Assembly (NCBI GenBank): GCA_964525635.1
Contig: CAZGJX010000025.1
Coordinates: forward strand, 1 to 42,333
Length of the DNA stretch: 42,333 nucleotides
From: an uncultured archaeon
GTDB taxonomy: Archaea > Asgardarchaeota > Lokiarchaeia > Sigyniarchaeales > SOKP01
Direction of reading: 5' to 3'
Shown here: positions 1-9,726 of the stretch, piece by piece
Layout: every line of letters starts with the position of its first letter
Position numbering within the stretch: the stretch's first letter is position 1
Made by a program: the position numbers and the translations under genes
Notes under the pieces: model-generated
Told to the model about the DNA's origin: nothing
Database searches by the model: none
The model's input: only the letters and a program-made list of their open reading frames with translations

Positions 1-132
1 CTGCTTGATGTGAACACTTCTGGTTGCAGACCTTTTAAAGACCAGGTTCGGGTGATTGTTGGAGAAAATTGAACACTTGCCTCGTCTTGAAATAATACTA
101 CATCATATGGGTTGAGAGAGTCCACTTTTTTT
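1..132 (-). CDS. IS630 transposase orfB (DDE domain), partial, reached by -1 frameshift
   Basis: The -1 frame reads KKVDSLNPYDVVLFQDEASVQFSPTITRTWSLKGLQPEVFTSS, with the first catalytic Asp in FQDE. A slippery A_AAA_AAG lies at 125-131. Confidence 0.85.
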
Positions 133-631
133 GGAATTGTTGGATGAATTCTTCTTTTTGCTTCGGATCAGCTTTTTTAAAACGGTATCTTGGGCGTTGG
201 AGCGTAAATCCTAATTCATGAAGCAATCTATTGGCTTGTCGAGTACTTAATTCCACGTTAAATTTCTTGTCTATGTGAAACGCAACACTCTTGGCTTCCC
301 AATTACTAAATTCATAGCCTAATTCGCGGGGGTGAGTAGAAACATCATCCTGTAATTTTGCTTTTTGCTCTTGTGTAAGACTAGGAATTCGTCCAGGAGG
401 AAGAATTGGAACAATCGCATCTAATCCCCCTTTATTAAACGCATGGAGCCAATTAAGTATTGTCCTCCTTGATCGTTTTATTATTTTTCCGACTTCCGTA
501 CAATTATTACCTTCACAGAGTAAATAAAGAGCTTGATAACGTTCTTTTAACCGTAGATTTTCCTCTTTTTTAAATAGTTCAATCAATTCATCATGATTGG
601 GTGATGTTCTCATGATTTGAAGCGGTTTCAT
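98..631 (-). CDS. IS630 transposase orfA (HTH / winged-helix part)
   Basis: R..ALYLL..G, RRTILNWLHAFNKGG, PGR..L, W....VA, LHELGFTLQRPR and ADP..KEEF are typical of the IS630 N-terminal region. Confidence 0.9.
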   Translation of the reverse strand: MKPLQIMRTSPNHDELIELFKKEENLRLKERYQALYLLCEGNNCTEVGKIIKRSRRTILNWLHAFNKGGLDAIVPILPPGRIPSLTQEQKAKLQDDVSTHPRELGYEFSNWEAKSVAFHIDKKFNVELSTRQANRLLHELGFTLQRPRYRFKKADPKQKEEFIQQFQKKWTLSTHMM

Positions 632-681
632 AGAAGAAAATAATATCTTTAATATTATATAACAGAATAATCTCTGGGTGA

Positions 682-1067
682 TATGAGGGAATACTTGAGA
701 AAAAATCTATGTCATTATAAATATATGGTAATTTAAATATCCTATCGATTCGATAATTAATTAATTCTTGTTCTTCATAATTCATTTTATTACAAATCGA
801 TTTAATTTTCTGTTTAAACAATTGCCTCAACTTATAATTATATCCATTGGAATCATAGGTATCTTTTAAATTAATCCATGTGTCATCTAATTCTCCAATT
901 TCATCTTCATAAATAAACTCATCCTTAAAAATGTTATATTATAAATCAATCTTTTGATAATTATCATTGATATTATTTAATTTTCTTGAAAATACGGAGA
1001 GGATTGCAGAGAACCTTTGTATACCATCTAAAATGACAATAGTTGAGATAGAAAATCTCTTTCTTTT
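682..1067 (-). pseudogene. Remnant of a DUF262 (ParB/Srx-like, DGQQR motif) gene, with an internal stop and cut by IS630
   Basis: The frame of ORF 591-830 extends upstream as IVILDGIQRFSAILSVF...IDL*YNIFKDEFIY..., with TAA at 939-941. DGIQR at 1014-1028 resembles the DGQQR motif. Confidence 0.6.
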
Positions 1068-1112
1068 TTAAGAGATTTTATATTTAAATATAGGTTCTAA
1101 TATTGTTATATT

Positions 1113-1679
1113 ATGAATAATAATGAAAATAGACGAGGTACTTCTATAATAGAATTAACAGATAGAGAGTTACAAAATCTAAGTGAATTAAAAAAAAAAT
1201 ATGTAACACTTAAAAATCTTCTAAATAACGCAGAATATAACATCTATGGGCATTTGCATAAGCAATACAAATATTTAAAAGAATTCAAGAATATTTTGGG
1301 AAATTTCAATAATGATCTAAGCTTTGTTGCATGTCTAATGGCAAAACAATATTTACTAAAAAATCATAACATCTCTAATGATATAGATATGAGTATAAAA
1401 GCTCAAGGTGCTAAAGGACTAGATATAGATGAGACAACAATTGAAAATGAACGATGTATTGCAGAAATAAAAACAATTCATCCTTATGGAAAAGACGATT
1501 TTGGATCAAAACAGAGAGAATTTTTCCGAGCAGACTTTAAAAAATTGCAAAGTAATAATGCTAAATATAAATATATGTTTGTTACAGAAGAGAAATCATT
1601 TAATATTTTAAAGGAAAAATATATATCTGAATTAATAGGTATTAAAACAGTGCTTCTCCCAGATGGACAATCATTTTAA
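1113..1679 (+). CDS. Putative PD-(D/E)xK restriction-endonuclease-like protein
   Basis: GAKGLDID...CIAEIKT matches a D...ExK active-site pattern; a DF.KL helix follows. Confidence 0.6.
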   Translation: MNNNENRRGTSIIELTDRELQNLSELKKKYVTLKNLLNNAEYNIYGHLHKQYKYLKEFKNILGNFNNDLSFVACLMAKQYLLKNHNISNDIDMSIKAQGAKGLDIDETTIENERCIAEIKTIHPYGKDDFGSKQREFFRADFKKLQSNNAKYKYMFVTEEKSFNILKEKYISELIGIKTVLLPDGQSF

Positions 1680-1798
1680 AATAAGTAAGTATTTTCACTT
1701 CATAATATTCTTTTTAGTATCTTTCTTAAGAAGAAGAAAAAGATCTTAATGATAAGATGGGGCAAGACTTTTTCTTATCTTGTACTTATTTTTCCTTT

Positions 1799-2152
1799 CT
1801 ATAACCATTTATCGATTTTCTCATTTTTAATAGATTTAGACTTTTTCCTCTTTGATATATACGATATCATTTGCGTTAAGGTCTGATCTGCCATTGAGGG
1901 ATGTTGAACAAGCCTGTATTTCACCATTCTTTCTGTATTTTCGATACACACCAGTACATTTCCAAAATGAGTGATAATTTGACCCCCTTCTGGTTTAAAA
2001 TCAGAGAATTTATTTTATGGAGAGGTTAAAATAATTAATGGATTTACCTTACTCAGAAGTCTTTTGATTCCGTTTATTGCCTTCCATAGATTTTCATACC
2101 CTTCCTGCTTATATTCGAATTATTGCGTTATCCCTGAAATCAGTTTTTCTAT
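1799..2152 (-). pseudogene. C-terminal remnant of a RecA/RadA-fold protein with two in-frame stops
   Basis: One frame reads IEKLISGITQ*FEYKQEGYENLWKAINGIKRLLSKVNPLIILTSP*NKFSDFKPEGGQIITHFGNVLVCIENTERMVKYRLVQHPSM...NEKIDKWL*, with stops at 2120-2122 and 2015-2017. KPxGG...H...LV.HP resembles the RadA/Rad51 C-terminal core. Confidence 0.55.
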
Positions 2153-2233
2153 TTATATTAGTCTTTTTTGACTTTTAAGTTTATAAATTGGAATTTCTAA
2201 AATATAAATATTAGATTTTGTAAAATATATATA

Positions 2234-3646
2234 ATGCTTAAAGAGGAAAAAAAAAGGATTAAAATTCTTTTGATTGGTTCTAATTACAAAGGATTAAAAG
2301 AATCAAGAATAGGAAAAGAAATAAAGATGATTAGAAATATTCTAAAACATTCCTTATTTGATTTCATAGATGCTCCTGCTACGAAAAGAAATGAAATATT
2401 TGAAAAAATTTCTGAATATAAACCTGAAATACTTCAATTCTCAGGACATGGAACTTTTAATACTGGACCTCTTTTTGATCAGGATGAACACTTAATCAAT
2501 ACAAAAATGGATTTAAAAGAAGAATTAATAGAAACTCTTAGAAAAGGAAAAGAATATATTAAAATTATTATCTTTAATGTATGTGAATCAATAAATATCG
2601 CTAAAGAAGCGTCAAAGTTTATAGAATTTACAATTGGTACAACAACAAAGATAAATGATGATTGTGCTATTACGTTTTCTAAAGGATTCTATAAAATGTT
2701 AGGGAAAAAACATTCAATTAGAGATTCTTATTTCAATGGGAAAAAGCAATATGAACTGAAATATTCTAATATAATAGGAAGATCAACTTTACCCCCTTTT
2801 AAAATTTTTCCTGATAATGAAAAAAATCAAGGAGACTTCTCTGAAATATTTCAAATCTCATTAGATAAAAATTGGAAAGAGAATAATAAGATACATTCAG
2901 ATAAATATGTTGATAATAACACAATTGAGAGTATATTAAAGAAAAGATTGGATGAATTTGAACATCTAATATTTAAAAATCAACAAAGAAAAAATCAATT
3001 TGATATGAAAATAGCTATTTTCCCTCAAAATAATTTATTTAATATATCCAAATTAGAAGATCTAAAGATTTTTTTTAACGAACAACAAAATCTCATTCCC
3101 GCTCCTGATTATACATATGACACAATGTCAATTTATGATAATCTTCGAATCGATAACCATAGATTGTATGATATTTCACGTATTTTTTCTATGGGGAGTA
3201 GTATAAGAATTTCAAAAGAAGGTATCATACTATATAACATGCATATAAATATTGATAAAAATTTTGAAAAAAGATTGCAGATCTCTTATATGTCTGCTTA
3301 TATTTTAGGACTTCTTAATCTCAGTTATAGATTTTTTAATTTAAAAATGAATTATTCTCGAAATATAGAAATACGTTTTAAAATAAATCAAATCAATAAT
3401 TGGTATTACTCGCTCCCAGGAGAAATAAAGACCTTAAAAAGTTATCAATATAACTCTTTCTCACCCATTGTATTAACTATTAAAATTAATCAAATAAGAA
3501 ATGGAACTGGACAATATGGGATATTAAAAGAAATTATCCGAGAATTAATGCGCGGATATGAATGCAGTCAGGATCATCAAATGCCTGATCTCTCTGATTT
3601 TAGAAATTTCTTAATGGATGATAGAAATGATTTTTTCGATTATTGA
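2234..3646 (+). CDS. CHAT (caspase-like) domain protein with an uncharacterised C-terminal domain
   Basis: His-Cys dyad motifs ILQFSGHG and IIIFNVCES, followed by IGTT..I.D..AITFSKGFY. Confidence 0.8.
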   Translation: MLKEEKKRIKILLIGSNYKGLKESRIGKEIKMIRNILKHSLFDFIDAPATKRNEIFEKISEYKPEILQFSGHGTFNTGPLFDQDEHLINTKMDLKEELIETLRKGKEYIKIIIFNVCESINIAKEASKFIEFTIGTTTKINDDCAITFSKGFYKMLGKKHSIRDSYFNGKKQYELKYSNIIGRSTLPPFKIFPDNEKNQGDFSEIFQISLDKNWKENNKIHSDKYVDNNTIESILKKRLDEFEHLIFKNQQRKNQFDMKIAIFPQNNLFNISKLEDLKIFFNEQQNLIPAPDYTYDTMSIYDNLRIDNHRLYDISRIFSMGSSIRISKEGIILYNMHINIDKNFEKRLQISYMSAYILGLLNLSYRFFNLKMNYSRNIEIRFKINQINNWYYSLPGEIKTLKSYQYNSFSPIVLTIKINQIRNGTGQYGILKEIIRELMRGYECSQDHQMPDLSDFRNFLMDDRNDFFDY

Positions 3647-4008
3647 GACATTCTATAACTATATTATTCAATTTTTTATGTGTTTTTTTATGATTTGGTA
3701 AATTGAGAGATTTTAAAATTACACTTTGTACTTAGTTTAGTAATATTATAATTTAATATAGAAAATGTTATGACTCTTATTATTAATTTATGATGATTTC
3801 ATATAAGCTATGTAAATAAGCGTAAATCGTCTTATTTAACAATTTATAAAGATTTTGAGTGTTGACATATCTTTGAAGAGAGGTAATATTTTATTTATTA
3901 TCTTAATAATATTAATGGAATAAATAGATAATATTAATACAACAACAGAAATATATATTAAGGGAAATAATTTTTATATTATTAGAGAAAGAAGAAATAT
4001 AATCTCCA

Positions 4009-5130
4009 ATGAGTAATAATATGATTGTTAATAATTGTCATATCAATTCAGTTGTAGCGATTAAACATTTTGGATCTGTTCCTATAAATGTTAGAAAAAT
4101 TAAGAGAAATATACCCTCAAGAGAAAAAAGGATTTATTGTTTTGATAAAATATTAGGCGGTAAACCTATTAAAAAGAATATTGGTGAAGTATGTGTCGAA
4201 AGGAATCATTATTCATACAAAATTGAGAATTTTTTAAATGTGAGGGTTGAAAATCATATTTTGAATAATGCTCTCACCTCTATTGTAAAAAATAACTCAT
4301 TTTATCAATTAACTTTAAGACAAAAAGAAGAAATTAATAGATATATATTAGTATTATTAATAAGGACTCGGAGGTATGTGCAAAATACAATTGAAATAAA
4401 TAAATTTGTAAAAAGCTTAGATAATACTATTTTTTTAAATTCTCTTGATTATAAGTTTGGTAAACTAAATGATAAAGCATTATTACCAATAAAAACACCT
4501 GATGTTAGAAATTTACAGAGTAGACATATTAGATTATTAGGTAACTTTCCTAAAATATTAGAAGATTATTATTGGATGATTTATATAAATAAAACAAATA
4601 TTCCTTTTTATACTGCAGATAATCCGATTCTACATAACTTACATATTTATTTTAGAGATTTCTATATATATGAAGTAAAATTTCCAAAAACGATCAAATG
4701 GTTAATTTTTCCCATAAGTCCAAAGATTATATTAGTATTATTTAAACCAATTGGAATACCGATTCTCACATATCTTCAAAGAATATACATTGATAATGAA
4801 GATGTCATATTCAGATTTAATAATAAAATAATTTATAACGCAGAAAAGGAGGTCCTTTTATCATCATATGATAGATATTATTTTAAAAAGACGATTGCAG
4901 TAAAAAAATTATGTCTTTCTCAAAAAAAATTCAATTATAAAGTTCTTAAGACTAGAAATGATAAAGTAAATAGATTTTTAATAAAGCAAAACCATGATGG
5001 AGAATGTATGTGTCCTTATTGTAAAAGAGTCTATAAATCTAACACCTCTGCAGTAGAGCATATTAATAAATGTATAGTAAGATTAAATCAATTGAAAGAA
5101 GTGAAGTATTATGAAAGCAAAAATATTTGA
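4009..5130 (+). CDS. DUF4238-family protein with a C-terminal C2HC zinc finger
   Basis: INKTNIPFYTADNPI and IFPISPKIILVL are DUF4238-type motifs; CPYC-x12-H-x3-C lies at the C-terminus. Confidence 0.7.
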   Translation: MSNNMIVNNCHINSVVAIKHFGSVPINVRKIKRNIPSREKRIYCFDKILGGKPIKKNIGEVCVERNHYSYKIENFLNVRVENHILNNALTSIVKNNSFYQLTLRQKEEINRYILVLLIRTRRYVQNTIEINKFVKSLDNTIFLNSLDYKFGKLNDKALLPIKTPDVRNLQSRHIRLLGNFPKILEDYYWMIYINKTNIPFYTADNPILHNLHIYFRDFYIYEVKFPKTIKWLIFPISPKIILVLFKPIGIPILTYLQRIYIDNEDVIFRFNNKIIYNAEKEVLLSSYDRYYFKKTIAVKKLCLSQKKFNYKVLKTRNDKVNRFLIKQNHDGECMCPYCKRVYKSNTSAVEHINKCIVRLNQLKEVKYYESKNI

Positions 5131-7000
5131 TAGTATTATTGAAATATTAGAAGGAGAAAAAGAATTAATTTTATTAATTGGTGCGGGATGCTCAACTAAC
5201 GTTCCATCTTGTATACCAACTGGAAATACTCTTAAGGAAACTATTATTAATTACATATGTCCAGATGAAGAAGTAGAGAAAATAAGATTACTTAATATTA
5301 GATTTGAATCTTTATTAGAAATATATCAATTCTGTATTGATAAAAGGCTTGAAGTATATAATTTTTTTGAGGAGATAAAATCTCCAAACATTCAACACTA
5401 TTACATAGCAGATATAATAAGAAAGGATAATTATGTAATGACAACAAATTTTGATTTTCTAATTGAATATGCCCTTCTAAATCTAAATATTCCTAAAGAG
5501 GAGATCTGTCCAGTAATAAGTAAAAAAGATTTTCAAATCTACAAAAATCCAGATGATTTTGATAAGAAAAAGCATAAGTTTGTCTTTAAATTGCATGGAT
5601 CAACAAAAAATATCATCACTGGTGAACCTACTAAAGACTCACTAATTACAACCATTAGTGCTTTTGGAAAAAATAAAGAAGGAAAAAGTATATTTCAAAT
5701 AGAACCCTTTAAAATTGATTTAGTTAAAAATATTACTAAATATCGGAATTTGGTCATATTGGGATATTCTGGAAGTGATGTATTTGATATCATACCTACA
5801 TTAGAAAGTCTATCAGATATTAAAAGCATTATATGGATAAACCACATAAATACAGAAAATCATTACAATGCTATAGAAATTGATAAAGATTCGGAATTAA
5901 ATAATAATAATGCTGAAGAAATATATGAAATTTTAAGAAACATAAAGCAGTCAACTAAGGTAGATAAGATCTATTTATTAAATACAAATACAAATAATTT
6001 AATTAGAAAAATAATTAAAATCACTCCAGATATTAATATTAATTCAAGGAAAATTGATTTTAAGGATTGGATGGAAAGAAATATCAAGCCACCTAATTTT
6101 TTATCTAAACTATATATAGCACATAAGATATATTTTGATTTTAATCTATTTAGTGATGCTTTTAGGATTGGAAATGAAATTCTTAATAATCTAATTAACA
6201 GCGATGATCTTGATCTCAAAAGAACAATTCATAATAATTTTGGAATAATTTATGAAAAACAATCTGACTATGAAAAAAGTTTAGAAGAATATCGGATTGC
6301 TCTGAGCATAGCTAAGCAAATAGGGAATAATAAAGCAGTCTGTACGTATTTAGGAAATATCGGTGGGCTTTATGCAGAAATTGGAAATTTTGAAAATGCT
6401 TTACCTATATATAATGAAGCTTTGGAACTTAGTGAAAAAATTGGAGATAGAGAAGATAAAGCCTTTATATTAAATAATATAGGACTTTTATATCGTCGTC
6501 AAAAAGAGTATAAATTAGCTTTAGTATATTTTCATGATTCTTTACGGATTCAAGAAGAATTAGGGGCCCCCTATGAAAGAATTACACTTATGATTAATAT
6601 TGGAGGTACTTATATGTACTTAAAGAAATTTAATGAATGTGAAAAATTTTTAGAGGAAGCTTTAAAACTATCTAATGAATTAAACAAGCCATATAAAAAA
6701 GCTCGGGTATTAAATTCTCTAGGTTTAACTTATTTAGAGGTAGGAAAAAATAAAAAAGCTTTAAGATATCTTAGGGAGGCTTTAAGACTATCATTTCAAT
6801 TAGATAGTAAAGAACTAAAGTTTAATATTTTCCGTAATATTGGTGGTCTTTATCATAAGATAGGGAAAAAAGAAAAAGCAATAAAATATTTTGGATATTC
6901 TCTGGATATTATGTATGATATTGGGTTAAAAAATACTCCTGAAGCTCAGAGACTTGAAGAAATAATAAAATTGGTTGATAAAGAGATTGAATCTTCTTGA
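5111..7000 (+). CDS. SIR2-like domain + TPR-repeat protein
   Basis: LLIGAGCS, TTNFD, FKLHGS and ILGYSGSD, then about six 40-aa TPR units (NNIG..Y....Y..AL....AL). Overlaps the upstream gene by 20 bp. Confidence 0.9.
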   Translation: MKAKIFDSIIEILEGEKELILLIGAGCSTNVPSCIPTGNTLKETIINYICPDEEVEKIRLLNIRFESLLEIYQFCIDKRLEVYNFFEEIKSPNIQHYYIADIIRKDNYVMTTNFDFLIEYALLNLNIPKEEICPVISKKDFQIYKNPDDFDKKKHKFVFKLHGSTKNIITGEPTKDSLITTISAFGKNKEGKSIFQIEPFKIDLVKNITKYRNLVILGYSGSDVFDIIPTLESLSDIKSIIWINHINTENHYNAIEIDKDSELNNNNAEEIYEILRNIKQSTKVDKIYLLNTNTNNLIRKIIKITPDININSRKIDFKDWMERNIKPPNFLSKLYIAHKIYFDFNLFSDAFRIGNEILNNLINSDDLDLKRTIHNNFGIIYEKQSDYEKSLEEYRIALSIAKQIGNNKAVCTYLGNIGGLYAEIGNFENALPIYNEALELSEKIGDREDKAFILNNIGLLYRRQKEYKLALVYFHDSLRIQEELGAPYERITLMINIGGTYMYLKKFNECEKFLEEALKLSNELNKPYKKARVLNSLGLTYLEVGKNKKALRYLREALRLSFQLDSKELKFNIFRNIGGLYHKIGKKEKAIKYFGYSLDIMYDIGLKNTPEAQRLEEIIKLVDKEIESS

Positions 7001-7365
7001 AATATCATTAATATTTATCTAATAGAAAAAGAATATTTAGTTAATAAGGAGTCATTGGGTAAATTTGGTATATCTTCAATTGATATTTTATCCATGGGAA
7101 TAAAATCCTTATTATCCAAACCATATATCTAATAATACTAATCCAACAATGTAATCTCCAATGCAATGGATATTAATTAAAGATCCAACTTAATCTAATA
7201 TAGACAATTATATTTATATATCTTACTACTCAATTTGAGAATGAACTCAAGTTCTATTCTTAACCAAATATGGAATTGTTACCTAAATTTACTCTCTTTT
7301 ATCTGATTATTGAAGTATACCTAATATTATATGAGACTCCCTTAAAACAGATATTAAAAGCTCAT

Positions 7366-8040
7366 TTAAATTTTTCTTTTTTTAATGGAAATTACCGAAA
7401 TACCTACAATAGAGCCCATAAGAATTAACATATCATATCCATAAATCCTTAGATTATCAATGATACTATAAGTCCATATCAATTGTGGTGCATCTTCTTC
7501 CCAGAAATATCCCTCTCTGGAATTGATATAAGCATAATCCTCAATGTAATTCTCTACATCAATATACACACATATTGAAAGGAAGGTTCTTCCCTCAATT
7601 AGTGATGTAACATCTAACTTATAAATATCATTAGAAATTACTAAAAGATTATCAATTACAGCTCCTTTGTCTGGCTTGTCTATCCATGTTACTGAATACT
7701 CATTCCAGTTTTCTTCGATTAGGCAGACAGTAAAGTTCATTGTTTGGAGAACACCCCAGAAATCTAGCGAAATTTCTGCCTTAGTGAAGTTATTAGGTCT
7801 ATTTGAAAATTCGAAATAAAAATAAGCTTCTTTAATATCGCTTAAAATATTAAATCCTGCTTGTAAAATATCTACTCCACCATAATTAGAAGTTGGATTT
7901 CCTGTATCAACATAAGTATCTTTAGTTGCGATATCTTCATTTGTAAGGGCACTTGTTAATGGAATTCTTGGGAGTATTCCGATAAGAAATATTAAAATTG
8001 CTATTATAGGTAAATATATCTTTTTTTTCATATTTATCAA
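7366..8040 (-). CDS. Surface protein: signal peptide, DNRLRE/CBM96-like domain, Loki-CTERM-like anchor
   Basis: N-terminal KKK plus hydrophobic stretch; DTYV....P.SNYG and W.E..VTW...P motifs; C-terminal IYGY-TM-KKRK. Confidence 0.75.
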   Translation of the reverse strand: MINMKKKIYLPIIAILIFLIGILPRIPLTSALTNEDIATKDTYVDTGNPTSNYGGVDILQAGFNILSDIKEAYFYFEFSNRPNNFTKAEISLDFWGVLQTMNFTVCLIEENWNEYSVTWIDKPDKGAVIDNLLVISNDIYKLDVTSLIEGRTFLSICVYIDVENYIEDYAYINSREGYFWEEDAPQLIWTYSIIDNLRIYGYDMLILMGSIVGISVISIKKRKI

Positions 8041-8195
8041 CCTTCTTTTTAATTGAAACTATACTTTAGTCTATAGCTGAAATTTAATTATTTTTGATTT
8101 TTGTATAACATTCATCATAAATTTGTCTTAAAAACATTTCGTTATTTAGGTTGTTTAATAAGACACTATGAAAGATTTTTTATTATCAATTAAAA

Positions 8196-9704
8196 TTACA
8201 TTTCCCTATGTATAAGAATATAATCATATAAAGTATCAAATGCTTCTTCTACATTTTCCCCTGTTTTACAAGAGACTTTTAGATAATCTATAAATGTAAA
8301 TTTATCTCTATACTCATCAATTTCCTCATCATCAACACAGACCTGATCTATTAAATCGATTTTTAAACCTAATAATAAAATAGGTAAGTTGGGATTTTCA
8401 AGTCTTAAGAGATTTATCCATTTCTCAATATTATTTAACGTAGCAGGACGAGTCAGATCAATATTGAAAATTGCTCCATCTGCTCCTGAAATAAAATCAT
8501 ATTGAAAAGGTCTCCAACGTTCTTGTCCTGCCAGATCCCAAAAATAAACTTCATATTGAGTATCATGAAATTCTATATTTTTTGTGAAAAATTGTATACC
8601 AAGAGTCATTTTTGTATTTGGGAAAAACCTCTCTTCAACATAACGGTATAATAATGTCGTTCTTCCAACTCCTCCTTCTCCTGCAGCCATGATTTTTAAC
8701 ATTGGTCTTTCGGGTATTCTAAACCTCTGCCTTAACGTAGGCTCATAAAGTTCTTGAATTTTAATTTCGTTAGTTATTTCAGGTTCACTCGTCTTAGAGG
8801 CTTGTATTTCAAACGGATTACCAGAAGTGCTTAAAATTTCTAAATTCTTTAAGTTATTTATCTCTTCTGGAATTGATTCCAAGTTATTATAGTCTAGTGT
8901 AAGAGTTATGAGAGATTGTAAATTTTTTATCTTTTTTGAAATGGTCTTAATACTATTATTATTTGCATATAAAATATTAAGAGAACTAAGTTCATAAATA
9001 AATTTAGGTAATTTGGTTAACTGATTAAAGCTAATATTTAATTCTTTTAATGATTTAAAATTTCTTATAGATTCTGGAAGTGACGACAGCTCACAATCAT
9101 ATAGTCCAATTCCTATTACTTTATTATTTTCTATTTTAAAACCCATTTTGGTACCGGAAGATATCTGTTCTACTAAAGAGAATCTTCGATTTAAATGTTC
9201 CTCCAAATCCATAAGAAATTCTACTTCATCTCTAGAGATTTTCCCGCCTCTAAAAGAAATTAATCCTGATTCTGGTTCAGTTGGCTTTACCTTTTTTGGA
9301 ATCTGACTTTTTGTTAATTTTTTTTTGATCAATTCATATATCTTTATGATGTTATCATCGATATCATCGATATTAAATTGAATTCCCCTCAATCGCCTAA
9401 GTAATGGGGGAACATATACTATATCTGTAAAAATGGGTATGATCTCTTTATCATGAATCTGGGCAGTCTCCCATTCAATCTTTATTGGTCTTGATTTTAT
9501 AGTATTTTTTGAACAAAATAAAATAAAAATATCGCATTTTGGAACATTTTCATTCATATATGTAATAATGCTCCCATCAGCATCTTCTTGCCAATATAAG
9601 GCATCTTCAATTTCAGGGTACTGAGTAATTTTTTCAGCAATTTTTCCTATTTTGAAGAATTTAGCATCTTTTGTGGCATAACTAATAAAGACAAGAAATC
9701 CCAT
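8196..9704 (-). CDS. TIR - LRR - Rab/Roc-like small GTPase fusion
   Basis: TIR: VFISYA, DIFILFCS, IEWETA. LRRs: L.L..N.L..LP. GTPase boxes: GEGGVGRTT, TLG, WDLAGQE, LKID, SCK. Confidence 0.9.
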   Translation of the reverse strand: MGFLVFISYATKDAKFFKIGKIAEKITQYPEIEDALYWQEDADGSIITYMNENVPKCDIFILFCSKNTIKSRPIKIEWETAQIHDKEIIPIFTDIVYVPPLLRRLRGIQFNIDDIDDNIIKIYELIKKKLTKSQIPKKVKPTEPESGLISFRGGKISRDEVEFLMDLEEHLNRRFSLVEQISSGTKMGFKIENNKVIGIGLYDCELSSLPESIRNFKSLKELNISFNQLTKLPKFIYELSSLNILYANNNSIKTISKKIKNLQSLITLTLDYNNLESIPEEINNLKNLEILSTSGNPFEIQASKTSEPEITNEIKIQELYEPTLRQRFRIPERPMLKIMAAGEGGVGRTTLLYRYVEERFFPNTKMTLGIQFFTKNIEFHDTQYEVYFWDLAGQERWRPFQYDFISGADGAIFNIDLTRPATLNNIEKWINLLRLENPNLPILLLGLKIDLIDQVCVDDEEIDEYRDKFTFIDYLKVSCKTGENVEEAFDTLYDYILIHREM

Positions 9705-9726
9705 TTATATACCCTGTTATTATATT

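Larger units (their letters stand above)
1..681 (-). mobile_element. IS630-family insertion sequence, 5' part (runs off the window start)
   Basis: HTH orfA (98-631) plus a DDE orfB in the -1 frame. The outer end is placed tentatively next to a TA dinucleotide at 682-683, where it cuts an upstream gene remnant. The other end is outside the window, so the inverted repeat cannot be verified. Confidence 0.8.

Noticed and set aside
591-830. 79-aa ORF as an independent gene
   Set aside because: It is part of the DUF262-like remnant reading into the IS end.
5971-6219. Antisense ORF in the SIR2-TPR gene
   Set aside because: Shadow ORF with no motifs.
7001-7365. Possible minus-strand gene fragment
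   Set aside because: Only short open stretches with no recognisable motif.
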